A stretch of 64,000 nt of DNA. Origin: Octopus sinensis (taxonomy: Eukaryota). Numbering within the stretch: position 1 is the stretch's first letter; the number at the start of each line of letters is the position of its first letter. Below are positions 12,706 through 25,214 of this stretch, in pieces. The position numbers and the translations under genes were made by a program. The notes beneath the pieces are model-generated. The model was not told where the DNA came from. It worked only from the letters and a program-made list of their open reading frames with translations, and did no database searches. The stretch lies in assembly GCF_006345805.1 (NCBI RefSeq), contig NW_021832375.1, positions 124,001 through 188,000 of the forward strand, given 5' to 3'.

Positions 12706-12711
12706 AATAAA
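12706..12711 (+). promoter_or_regulatory. Candidate polyadenylation signal of the RING-DD gene
   Basis: AATAAA ~235 nt after the stop codon; AT-rich context makes a chance match likely. Confidence 0.3.
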
Positions 12712-14285
12712 GACAAACTTTGAAATGTTCATTTATTGTTGTTGCTGTTGTTGTATATCTAATCCCCTCCCTAAACAACCCCATTGTTATATAGACAGCT
12801 TTAATATCTTCTGCTATATTGATAGTTATCTACCTTCATTTTTAGCTGAGAGTAGAATGCCTGGTATATATATATATATTGATGTCTTTTCCCTTTATAT
12901 ATCCTATAGAGATAGTATTTCTATATAATACATGATGTATCTAAGGATATATCTCACTTTGTCCTGTTGTGGTTTAAGACAGGACTCTCCAAAGTGGTGG
13001 TGGTTGAATAAAAATTCAGGGGGTTTTGAGTGCAATATACAATATTCTAATTTTATATTCTTACTTTATGACCTTCGTTATTTACTAATTACTGAAATTT
13101 TCGTCAGTAAAAATAAAACTTCACTATTATACTTATGAAAATAAATCAAAAAAATTATAATTAAACAATAGCTGTGCTGAAAAAGTCTGAGATAATAAAA
13201 TAATGACACAACATTTGTTGTTTTAATTGCATGTGATTGTGGAAAAGCCACAGTGTCTCCCTCTTTTTAAATAACTTCAGATAAAGGAAGAGTACAATTC
13301 CCTACAATATTTACCTTCATATTACTCCACTGTTATTTTAATTTGAAATTAGATTTCAAATTCTTACAGCAGAGACCAAGATTAAATAAGTAAAACACAT
13401 GAGACCTTTATGTACATTATAAGATGTGACAGGAAGCTCTACCGAGCAGACTTTTGTGGAATTGGAATGGAAGACTCATAAGTATTCTCCACTTTTTATT
13501 GGATTCTTTTGTGATAGAAGTGAACAAACCTGATTGTTTTCAAATTAAATAATCAAGATATTTAAATTAGATAAAAAGAAACTTTATTCAGAAATTGATA
13601 ATTACTATTAAAGCAAAACGAAATTTTACCGGTGAGTGTGTTAAATAATAAGGCACTAAAAGAGAATGACTCTCCCCAGACATAACAAAATTATTTTGTA
13701 TCAAACTTTGTACAAAATTATTCTAAATAAATTGATAACATAAGTTTCTGATTTTTTGCTTGGATAACTGGGGGAGAAATTCTATTCACACATTATATGC
13801 CATGTAAATACACAACAAAATAATAAGGCTGTTCAAAGCTATAGGTTACTGTTTATATAGACCAGCTGGAGCAAATTTAGTTTAACATTTAATGCGTAAC
13901 AATAAACTCATTTATAAAAGTGTTACTTTTCTATAAATTGAGAAAACGTAAGACTTTTAGTGACTTTATAAAACTAAAAAGAGTAACTTCAAACTTTGAT
14001 GACCCCAGACAAATTCCTTTACTGACTGAGATCTTCATCTTGTTCTGGTCAATGACTGTCAAAGTAATTTTCATATTTTAAAAGCATCAAAAGGAAAATT
14101 TGTTGCCCAGAGAAGAGAGGTTGGATTTGTCAAATTATAAAAGCTCAGAGTATAATGATGGACTGGACATTTTCTTTAGATTAATGATCAGAGGATCCCT
14201 AAACAGATGCTATATGCTAAACTTCTTTATGGAAAGAGCCCCCAGCAGAAACGAAGACTACGATTTAAGGAATGTGTATATATAC

Positions 14286-14353
<68 letters not shown>

Positions 14354-14774
14354 ATACACATTATATATATATATAAACTGAGCGGATACTGCAAGGCAGT
14401 AACCCAGCATGGCCGCAATTTAATGACTGAAAAAATTAAAAAAAGAAGAAGCAATATACGAAAATTGTCATCGATGTCAACAAGTTCTCCGTCCCTCTTT
14501 TACAAATTCAGCGAAACAGTAATGAAAGCACACACACACACAGACACACACACACATATTGGCTGACCCACACACTCATACAATTTCTTCAGAATGTCAC
14601 GGTTTTAAGGTCAACATTTTTAAAGTATAAATAGCTACGAGTGTGCGTCTTTGCATGTATCTATATGTGTGGGTGTTTGTGCGTGTGTGAGCACAGTCCA
14701 TTTGACCCAGCCACGAAATTGTTTTTCTCCCACGAGTGTTCCGGATCCCTTCAACTTCTCAGGTTGACAAACAG

Positions 14775-14940
14775 GAGTGTCTGTATGGGAAGTAGCTCGC
14801 TTACCAACCACATGGTTCCGGGTTCAATCCCACTACGTGGCACCATGGGCAGATGTCTTCTACCATAGCCTACGGACCGACCAAAGCTTTGTCAGTGGAT
14901 TTTGTACACGGAAACAGAAGGAAGCCCGTCGTATATATGA

Positions 14941-15036
<96 letters not shown>

Positions 15037-15292
15037 TGTATGTATGTATGTATGTATGTATGTGTGTGTGTGTGTGTATTTTTCTGTGTCTGTGTTTGTC
15101 CGCCCAACATAGTTTCACAACCGATGCTGGTGTGTTTACGTCCCCGTAAATTAGCGGTTCAGCAAAGGAGACCGATAGAATAAATACTAGGTTTACAAAG
15201 AATAGGTCCTGGGGGCGATTTACTCGACAAAAGTCGGTGCTCCAGCATGGCCACAGTCAAATGACTGAAACATTGTAAAAGAGTAAAAGAGT
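14775..15292 (+). mobile_element. tRNA-derived SINE with internal (TA)n(TATG)n(TG)n expansion
   Basis: Head with B-box-like GGTTCAATCCC, core GGAAACAGAAGGAAGCCCGTCG, microsatellite, body GCTGGTGTGTTTACGTCCCCG, tail CGGTGCTCCAGCATGGCCACAGTCAAATGACTGAAAC; several copies in the window. Confidence 0.8.
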
Positions 15293-15311
15293 ATATAATA
15301 TATATAGATAC

Positions 15312-15610
15312 ATAATTTACAAGATAAGGGCAAAAGAAAAATTCTAATGCCTAATATGCCGAAAAAAAGACAAAATTTTCAATAACCATTATAATTTATG
15401 CGTCTCGAAACAAACCGATAGAAATCTCTAAAAATTCGTTATTACCGTATTGGTCCAATTTCGGGGTTAATACAGTAATAACGAATTTTTTAGAGTTTTC
15501 TATCGGTTTGTTTCGAGACGCATAAATTATAATGGTGATTGAAAAGTTTTGTCTTTTTTTCGGTATATTTGGCATTAGAAGTTTTCTTTAGCCCTTATCT
15601 TGTAAATTAT
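15312..15610. repeat. Fold-back palindrome (~140-bp arms, 17-nt loop)
   Basis: ATAATTTACAAGATAAGGGC...TTACCGTATT (15312-15451) is the near-perfect reverse complement of AATACAGTAAT...GCCCTTATCTTGTAAATTAT (15469-15610). Confidence 0.85.
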
Positions 15611-15743
15611 TTATAAATTTAACCTTTAAAGGTATTTGTTGATATGCTGGCCATTGATACAATTTTCTTCCCGAAAAGATTTTATCCTACATTAGTTATA
15701 TAGATCATTATATATATATACATGCAACCATATATATATATAT

Positions 15744-16924
15744 GAGAATGGCTTCATGACTTTCTGAAGAATAGAAGTCAGGTGGTAGCAGCCAATGGGG
15801 CCACTTCCATTAGCACGCAAATAGTGAGCGGTGTTCCGCAGGGCACTGTTTTGGGACCACTACTGTTCATAATGGCCCTCTCAGACATGCCCTCAGCCAC
15901 GCAGAGAGCCACGATCACAAGTTATGCAGATGATACAAAAGTTTCACAGGCAATACAGAACCCTGAAGACACTAAACACCTGCAATGTGAGCTGGACGAA
16001 ATATACAAGTGGGCTGAAAAGAATAGCATGCAGTTCAATGCTGAAAAGTTTCAAGCTTTATACTATCAGCATGCAAAACTGAATGCAATACCCAATGAAT
16101 ACACTGGACACGGAGGGATTGCAATCCCAGAGGCACAATCAGTGCGTGACCTGGGTATTCACATGAGTGATGACGCGACCTTTCATGTACATGTTGCTAA
16201 ACTGACAATGAAATGTAGACGGCTGGCTGGATGGATTCTTAGAACCTTTAGAACAAGAGAACAAGAAACCATGATGGTCCTCTGGAAGACACTTGTCCTA
16301 AGCCACTTTTACTATTGCTCTCAGCTATGGTCACCATCCAGTGTCAAGTTGATCACAGAACTTGAGGCGATCCAACGAAGCTACACGAAGAAGATAGCCT
16401 CTGTGCAGCATATGAGCTACTGGGAGAGACTCAAGAGATTAAGACTCTATTCCCTGGAGCGTAGGCGAGAAAGATATGCCATAATATATATCTGGAAGAT
16501 CCTGGAAGGTCTTGTCCCAGACTTTGGCATCGAGAGTCACACAAATGCCAGAACCGGACGCCACTGCGTAGTACCAAGGACTCCAAATTTGCCATCAAGA
16601 TGTAGGACAAGATATTGTGATAGCCTGGGCTTCAGAGGCCCACGGCTCTTCAATATCCTCCCGAAGAACCTGAGGGACCTGCATGGTGTAGATGCGGATG
16701 TCTTTAAAGTAGGACTGGATCTCTTCCTGTCAGGTGTCCCGGATGAACCAACTTCACGGCAGGGGGTGCAGATGAGGGCAGCTGCATCGAACTCTCTCAT
16801 GCATCAGATGGCGTTTGCTAAAAAGCATCCGTGAGGTAAAACCGTGTAGCAAACCAAATGGCGGTGCCCCAGCATGGCCACAGCTCATTAGCTGAAACTG
16901 GAAAAATCAATCAAAATCAAAATC

Positions 16925-16925
<1 letters not shown>
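15744..16925 (+). mobile_element. CR1-type LINE (family A), 5'-truncated 3' fragment
   Basis: ORF 15782-16834 has RT motifs PQGTVLGPLLF and YADDTK and the C-terminal SLERRRERY. 3' UTR GGCGGTGCCCCAGCATGGCC and an (AATC)-type tail. Confidence 0.92.
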
Positions 16926-16959
<34 letters not shown>

Positions 16960-16968
<9 letters not shown>

Positions 16969-17385
16969 ATGGCTGCCCCCTCGTTATCGAGTATGGACAT
17001 TGCACGAAGCTTAACTGTTAATGGCGCTGTGATCGAATGTGACTTTTTAGCCCAGCTAAAGATCTACAATGTCTTGTACAGAATTGGCAACTAAAACCTT
17101 AACTGGTAATAGCCGGCTGTAGTTGTAACTGGGCTTCATGTACCTTTGCGTGTCGTTTAAGTCCTCCTGCCGAATTACACTCTCTTCCACATGCCCGACA
17201 GATATGATTAGTATGGTGTGTTACACCACCTCCAGTGGCCAGGTTGTCACTCATGTCTCGTTTTATGACTAGCGGGTCTGGATTTGTATCAGGTTTTTGT
17301 CAGTCTGACAAAAGCTTTTGATATCGTCAACAGAAAAGCATTGTGCAAAGTCCCCCTGAAACTTGGGTGTTCTGAAAAATACAGA
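16960..17385 (-). mobile_element. RTE LINE 3' end with C2H2 finger plus an inverted RT fragment
   Basis: The minus strand at ~17140-17205 encodes ICRACGRECNSAGGLKRHAKVH. The plus strand at ~17293-17380 encodes VFVSLTKAFDIVNRKALCKVPLKLGCSEKY (RTE RT motif). Confidence 0.65.
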
Positions 17386-17393
17386 TACATATG

Positions 17394-17426
<33 letters not shown>

Positions 17427-17429
<3 letters not shown>

Positions 17430-19096
17430 GATGAAATGAAAACAAACTCAGCTACTGGCCCCGATGGATTCCCGGGAATCCTTCTAAAAGTATGTAAGAG
17501 AGTCCTCGCAAGACCACTGCAGTTCCTCTTTCAGAGCTTCCTTGCAACTGGCAAACTTCCAAGAAAACTGAAGGAAGGTAAAATACGCCCTATTCATAAA
17601 GGAGGTAGCAGAGCGGAGGCCAAGAACTACAGACCTATCTCTCTGACCTCACACATCAGCAAGGTCATGGAACGAATAGTCAGAAGGAAACTAATCACCT
17701 TCCTTGAAGAAAATGACTTGCTGCCTGACACCCAACATGGTTTCCGACCAGGGAGAAGCTGTTTAACTCAGCTCCTACAACACTATGACTGGGTGCTGAA
17801 ACGACTGCTCAACCACTCAAATGTGGAAGTCATATATCTCGACTTTGCAAAGGCCTTTGTTAAAGTCGATCATGGAATGATATGTCACAAACTGCGTGAT
17901 CTTGGCATAGTCGGAAAATTGGGAGAATGGCTTCATGACTTTCTGAAGGATAGAAGCCAGGTGGTAGTAGCCAATGGGGCCGCTTCCATTAACACGCAAA
18001 TAGTGAACGGTGTTCTGCAAGGCACTGTTTTGGGACCACTACTGTTCATAATGGCCCTCTCAGGTATGCCCTCAGCCACGCAGAGAGCCACGACCACAAG
18101 TTTTGCAGGGGATACAAAAGTTTCACAGGCAAAACAGAACCCTGAGGACACTAAACGCCTGCAATGTGAGCTGGACAAAATATACAAGTGGGCTGAAAAG
18201 AATAGCATGCAGTTCAATGCTGAAAAGTTTTAAGCTTTATGCTATCAGCATGCAAAACTGAATGCAATACCCAATGAATACACTGGACCTGGAGGGGTTG
18301 CAATCCCAGAGGCACAATCAGTGCGAGACCTGGGTATTTACATGAGTGATGATGCAACCTTTCATGTGCATATTGCTAAATGGCAATGAAATGTAGGCGG
18401 CTGACCGGATGGATTCTTAGAACCTTTAGAACAAGAGATCAGGAAACCATGATGGTCCTCTGTAGGATACTTGTCCTAAGCTACCTTGACTATTGCTCTC
18501 AGCTATGGTCACCATCCAGTGTTAAGTTAATCACAGAACTGGAGGCGATCCAACGAAGCTACACGAAGAAGATAGCCTCTGTGCAGCATATAAGCTACTG
18601 GGAAAGACTCAAGAGATTAAGACTCTATTCCTTAGAGCGTAGGCGAGAAAGATATGCCATAGTATATATCTGGAAGATCCTAGAAGGACTTGTCCCAAAC
18701 TTTGGCATCGAGAGTTACACAAATACTAGAACTGGGCGCCACTGCGTAGTGCCAAGGACTCCAAATTTAGCATCAAGATGTAGGACAAGATACTGTGATA
18801 GCCTGGGCTTCAGAGGCCCATAGTTCTTCAATATCCTCCCGAAGAACCTGAGAGACCTGCATGGGGTTAATGCAGATGTCTTTAAAATAAAACTGGATCT
18901 CTTCCTGTCAGGTGTCCCGGATGAACCAACTTCACGACAGGAGGTGCAGATGAGGGCAACTGCATCGAACTCTCTCATGCACCAAATGGCAATTGCTAAA
19001 AAGCATTCGTGAAGTAAAATCAAGTAGCAACACCAAATGGCGGTGCCCCAGCATGGCCACAGCTCGTAAGCTGAAACTAGATAAAAAAAAAAAAAA
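17427..19096 (+). mobile_element. CR1-type LINE (family A), 5'-truncated, inactivated
   Basis: RT ORF broken by TAA at 18231-33, a 1-nt deletion near 18380 and TAG at 18821-23; YADD changed to FAGD; A-rich tail. Confidence 0.92.
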
Positions 19097-19097
19097 T

Positions 19098-19149
<52 letters not shown>

Positions 19150-19154
19150 ATAGA

Positions 19155-19630
19155 CGTAGGAGTGGCTGTGTGATAAGTAGCTTGATAACAAACCGCAGTG
19201 TTCTGAGTTCAGGTCCACTGCGTGGCGGCTTGGGCAAATGTCTTCTATTAGAGCCTAGGGCCGACCACAGTCTTGTAGACGGAAACTGAAGGAAGCCCGT
19301 CGTATATATATATATGTACACACACACACACACACACATATATATATGTATGTATGTATATATATATATGTATGTATATATATACATACATATATATATA
19401 CATATATATATATACATATATATATATACATATATACATATATATATATACATACATATATATATACATATATATATACATATATATATATACATATATA
19501 CATATATATATATACATATATATATATTATATATATATATATATGTATATATATACATATATGTATATAGGTTTATATATAAACTGAAAGAAGCCCGTCG
19601 TATATATATATGTATATATACATGCATACA

Positions 19631-19725
<95 letters not shown>

Positions 19726-19950
19726 CAATATATATATTTATATATATACGTTTGTATGTCTGTTTATCCCTCCAGCATCGCTTGACAACCGGTGCTAGTG
19801 TGGTCACGTCCGCGAGACTTAGCGGTTAGGCAAAAGAGACCAATAAATTAAGTACTAGGCCTACAAAGAATAAGTTCTGGGGTCGATTTGCTCGAATAAA
19901 GGCGATGCTCCACCATGGCCGCAATCAAATAACTGAAAAAAGTCAAATAG
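19155..19950 (+). mobile_element. tRNA-derived SINE with long internal microsatellite
   Basis: A-box-like TGGCTGTGTGATAAG, B-box-like GAGTTCAGGTCC, core AAACTGAAGGAAGCCCGTCG (twice), tail GCTCCACCATGGCCGCAATCAAAT. Confidence 0.75.
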
Positions 19951-20355
19951 AGTAAGACAGTAAGTAACGACAAAATTGTATATTCTCTCAACTACATAAT
20001 TAAGGGAGATAACTAAAAAATAACTTCAAGACTTACTTCCCTAGAATCATATAAAAATAGACGTGACTGTTGATCTCTCAGTGTGTTCCTTTTCCGCTTG
20101 CAAAGGGGACATAAGCATTCGCGCACGAAGAGACACACGCATATACAACCTTTCTGATGGTACCTTTAACAAATAAGCATTGGCCAGCTTATAATTTACA
20201 TTTAATAACACCCCACAACTATATAAAGTACTAACAATATCTAGTACTACCCTTTGGACTTAATTAGGTTTTTATTTTGTTTTAGTTAGTATATATGCGT
20301 ATATACACGTATATATGTATGTATGTATGTTGGTATGTATGTATGTATACATGTA

Positions 20356-20402
<47 letters not shown>

Positions 20403-20449
20403 TATATATATATATATACATATATATATATTAATATATATATAGATAT

Positions 20450-20547
<98 letters not shown>

Positions 20548-20657
20548 ATAATATATATATATATATACATACATAGTAAAAAGGCGATAAAATAAATTAT
20601 TATTGCCGGTGATCTAGCACAAAAGACATTTTAGCCATTAGGCTATATGTTATTCAT

Positions 20658-20701
<44 letters not shown>

Positions 20702-20740
20702 GGTTGCATATATATATATATCTATATATATTTTATACTC

Positions 20741-21047
20741 ATTTACTCTTTTACATGTTTCAGTCATTTGTCTGGGCCCATGCTGGAGCACCGCCTTTTG
20801 TTGAGTAAATCCACCTCAGGACTTATTATTTGTAAGCCTTATACTTATTCTATCCGTCTCCTTTGCCGAACCGCTATGTTATGGGGACGTAAACACACCA
20901 GCATCGGTTGTGAAGTGATGTGTGGGGGACAAACACAAACACAGAAGTATATACACACACATATACATATACATATATATACATATATAAATATATATAT
21001 ATATATAATATATATATATATAATATATATAATATATATATATAAAT

Positions 21048-21078
<31 letters not shown>

Positions 21079-21156
21079 AATATATAATATATATATATAT
21101 ATAATATATATATATATATAAATATATATATAATATTATATATATATATAATATAT

Positions 21157-21199
<43 letters not shown>

Positions 21200-21400
21200 C
21201 ATATATATATATATATATATATATCTATATATATATATATATATATAATATATATATATACGACGGGCTTCTTTCTGTTTCCGTGTACACACAAAGCTTT
21301 GGTCGGTCCGAGGCTATAGTAGAAGACAGTCGCCCATGGTGTCACGTAGTGGGATTGAACCCGGAACCATGTGGTTGGTAAACAAGCTACTTCCGATACA
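20741..21400 (-). mobile_element. tRNA-derived SINE, reverse orientation
   Basis: Reverse complement of the 14775 SINE (tail at 20755-20795, core CGACGGGCTTCTTTC at 21261, head GGGATTGAACCCGGAACC at 21351). Confidence 0.8.
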
Positions 21401-21705
21401 GTCACTCCTGTTTGTTAACCTGACAGCAAGTTCAAGGTGAGCTCTGATTGGTTGTATGCAAACGAGCTCATTAATAGTGTCCGGAGCTCTCGTGGGAGAA
21501 AAAAACTTTCGCGGCTGGGTCACATGGGAAGATGTGACCACCTCTTTGTGGACTGTGCTTACACACGCACAAACAGACACACGTCCGCACACACACACAC
21601 ATTGATACATGCAAAGACGCACACTCGTAGGTATTTCTCCTTTAAGAATGTTGACCTTACAACCGTGACATTCTGAAGAAATTGTATGTGTGTGTTGGTC
21701 AGCCA

Positions 21706-21750
<45 letters not shown>

Positions 21751-22504
21751 TTTGTGTGTGTGTGTGCTTTAAATTCGCTGTCTGTGTGCGCGCACGTATT
21801 TTTGCAAGAGTGTTTTAAGCTCATAGTTTGTGCGTGTGTGTGTTTGTGTGAGTGTGTGTATACATTATTTTTTCATTTTTGTGTGTGTGAGAGTGTGTGA
21901 GTATATAACTGTATGCTTTTATTTCTCTGTTAGTGTGAGTGTGTGTGTGTTTGTCCATGTGTGTGAGTGTGTGACTATATTTCCATTTCTGTGTGTGTGT
22001 TGTGTGTGTTTTCATTTCAGTGATTGTGTGTGTGAGAGTATTTTTATTTCTGTGTGTGCGTGTGTGTGAGGGACTGTGTGATTTATTTCTGTGTGCGTGC
22101 GACAATTACAGCTACAACAAACACTTTAACCATTTCTAAGATACCCACATTTGCAGATCACTAACTACTAAATCAAAAGAAATCACAATTTATTGGATCT
22201 TTAGCGACTTAAAATATTGCACATATTTTTCTCATATGGTGACAATGTATTATTTCACAAGTGGATAAAACAAATTCTCATACTGGCGTGGAGGGGGCTG
22301 ATATTCTATCTTCAGGTGCTAAGTTCACAATGACCCCCGTATCTACGTACCTGGATCGGTCATAATTGGTTTCATTTGGAGAACTCTCGGGTATGGAATA
22401 TTTATGACTATAGAAGTTGGCTTGTTACAGGCTTCGTTTATGGCCTCACTTTTGTGGATTTTCGGAAGTCCACAGACGTTACTGTGGACTTCGAAAGATT
22501 TAGT

Positions 22505-22612
22505 CGGCCCAAGACGATAGAAGAAAACACTTGTCTAAGGCGTCACGTAGTGGGACTGCACCCGGAACCGTGTGGCTGGTGGGCATGCTACTCCCCCCGC
22601 TTATATATATAT

Positions 22613-22660
<48 letters not shown>

Positions 22661-22815
22661 TGATTGATAGGTGTAGAGGTGGCTGTGTGATAAGTAGCTT
22701 GCAAACGAACCGCAGTGTTCTGGGTTCAGTCCCACTGCGTGGCGTGTTGGGTATGTGTCTTCTACTATAGCCTTGTCCCGACCAAATGCTTGTGAGTGGA
22801 TTTGATAGACGGAAT
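22505..22815 (+). mobile_element. Two SINE head fragments
   Basis: GGTGGCTGTGTGATAAGTAGCTTG...GGGTTCAGTCCCACTGCGTGGC at ~22678-22745; a related partial sequence at 22505-22590. Confidence 0.6.
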
Positions 22816-22875
22816 ACACCCCCCCACACACACATATCTCTCTCTATATATATATGTGTGTGTGTGTGTATATAA

Positions 22876-22919
<44 letters not shown>

Positions 22920-22922
<3 letters not shown>

Positions 22923-24050
22923 CCCCTGTGTTCCAGGGGTTCCTCGGGAAAATGGATCACCTACCTCGGTGAACGACCAGGTAGTGAAGGATAGGAGAGC
23001 CAAGAGAGCAGAAACCGGAAGCCCCCCTGTACCAGTAGTCCTACAAAGAAATGAAAAATTAGAAAAACAGAAGAAAAAAGGAAGGACCGAAAACAAAAAT
23101 AAGGAGGGAAAGGAGGAAAAGGCAAAACAACCAAAGCTGAAACCCCAACCCACCACACAAACAGCAGAGAACCCCATGGAGGATCCAATGCCCCCCAGTA
23201 CACTTCTGGAAAGAAGAAATCTGAAAGGCACCGAAGAACCTGTAAATTCTACCTGCGGGGCAAATGTTGGCATGGTGAGGACGGCAAAAACTGCCGGTTC
23301 ACCCACCCGACACCCCGCCAGAACTTCAGGGGACTCAAAGAGAAAAGCTTTACCGAGGGAACACAAAAAATGTCTCCCAGGAAAACTTTCAAAAACGAAG
23401 TGCGCTCCTCAGATGTTCTGCGCAACTCAGCAGCTGAGGAACAGTCTTTTTTGTGCATGGCGCAAAGAATTGTCCGGCAGCTAACCTGGCTACACCAAGC
23501 ACAGAGAAGGAACCCTGCCCACCACTATGCAAGACCACCACAGTCAACAGACACGGGATGGCCTCCCCTAACGCCTGCACAGCCGTCACCCCAATACCGT
23601 TACTAAATATTGGGGACCTGTTGCATCAAAATAGAAACAAAATTTCTTTCGTGAGAGATCTTACTGCCTGCAATCAAACCCTATGCATAGCACTTGTGGA
23701 AACTCACCTCAACCCTGATATAGAGGACACAGAAGTACACATACCAAACTATGCCATACTGCGAACAGGCAGAAGGGAAAGGAGCCATGCTGGAGTTGCT
23801 GTATACATCCGAGATGACCTCACACCCCAGGTCTTAATGACATACTCAAATTCGGTATGTGACACTTTAATTGTATACATAAGACAACATAATATAGCCA
23901 TATGCAATACATATTGCCCACCGGATGCCCCAAATCACACAGGCAAGTTTGAAGATTGCCTCACAATAATTAAAGAAATCCTCATGAATCTGGAACACCA
24001 CGTGACCATATTTCTTATCGGTGATTTCAACAACTCTTTTATGGAGAGTT
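22920..24050 (+). mobile_element. CR1-type LINE fragment (relative of family A): ORF1 with CCCH finger, ORF1/ORF2 overlap and start of the APE endonuclease
   Basis: An alternative frame at ~23241-23310 reads CKFYLRGKCWHGEDGKNCRFTHP. ORF 23453-24052 has LCIALVETHL, RTGRRERSHAGVAVY and IGDFN, homologous to the 58767-61004 ORF2. Confidence 0.85.
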
Positions 24051-24340
24051 AGCTAAAGGAGAACGACCTCCACATAAACCAAAAAAGAGGTATAAGGACT
24101 TGCTGAAGGCTTCCTTAAGAGATGCTTGCATTTCTCCTGACACATGGGAAGGCATAGTTATTGATCGTAGCTGGTGGAGAAGGATTGTGTACGAGGGGAC
24201 AGCCACTTTTGAGAAATCTCGAGTGGCACATAAGAAAGTAAGGAGGGATGTCAGGAAGCGCATCGCTGTTACACTTCCAGATGGGAAGGGTCTTCCTATG
24301 ATGCTGACATGCAGTAGCGCCTTTATTCGCGAAAATCGAA
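24050..24340 (+). mobile_element. RTE (BovB/Expander-like) 3' ORF fragment
   Basis: YKDLLKASLRDACISPDTWEGIVIDRSWWRRIVYEGTATFEKSR is typical of the RTE C-terminus. Confidence 0.65.
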
Positions 24341-24399
24341 CCCAATACTTATTTTTTGTAGGCCTAGTATTTAATCTATTTTCTCTTATGACGAAACGC

Positions 24400-24537
24400 T
24401 AAGTTACGGGGACATGAACACACCAGCACCGGTTGTCAAGCGGTGTTGGAGGGATAAACAGACATACAAACGTGTATATATATATATATATATATATATA
24501 CATAGCCCCCCCCCACACATATATGTATATATATGTT

Positions 24538-24596
<59 letters not shown>

Positions 24597-24800
24597 GTGT
24601 GTGTGTTTGTAATGTCTGTTTATTTCTCGAACATCGTTGGACAACGGGTGCTGGTGTGTACAATTCCCCGAACTTAGCGGTTCGGGAAAAGGGACCGATA
24701 GTTTAAATACTAGGCCTACAAAGTATAAGTCCTGGGGTCGATTTGCACGAATAAAGGCATTGCTCCACCATGGCCGCAGTCAAATGATTGAAAAATTAAG
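24400..24800 (+). mobile_element. SINE body and tail, preceded by an inverted body fragment across a microsatellite
   Basis: 24400-24470 is the reverse complement of ~24610-24680; tail GCTCCACCATGGCCGCAGTCAAATGATTGAAAA. Confidence 0.65.
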
Positions 24801-25214
24801 TGTGTAAAATAGAAAATAACCAGAAAAGTTTATATTCTCTTAACTACATCAGTAAGGGAGATAACTAAAAATCAACTTTTAGAGTTACTTCCCTTGACAT
24901 ATTAATAAAACACATGACAGTTTAAGATGTAGGCGCGTTTATATTTCCCATGCGAAGGGCACGCTTGCATTCGCGCAGGAAGATACAAACATACACATGC
25001 AAATTTTCTGCTGTTAACTTTAACAAATAAACATTATAATTTACATTTAATTACACCCGAAAACTATGTAAAGTACTCACCATATCTAGTACTACCCTTT
25101 GGACATGATCGGGTTTTTATTTATATGTTTGTATGTATATATATATATTCATAAATTTATAATTTTATATATATATATGTAGGTATATACCTATGTATAT
25201 ATATATATATATAC

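Noticed and set aside
14775-22815. tRNA genes
   Set aside because: A/B-box-like sequences belong to SINE heads and do not form a full cloverleaf.
22917-22985. HDV-like ribozyme at the start of the LINE fragment
   Set aside because: Only simple hairpins (CCCCUG/CAGGGG, CACC/GGUG) could be drawn; the nested double pseudoknot could not be completed.
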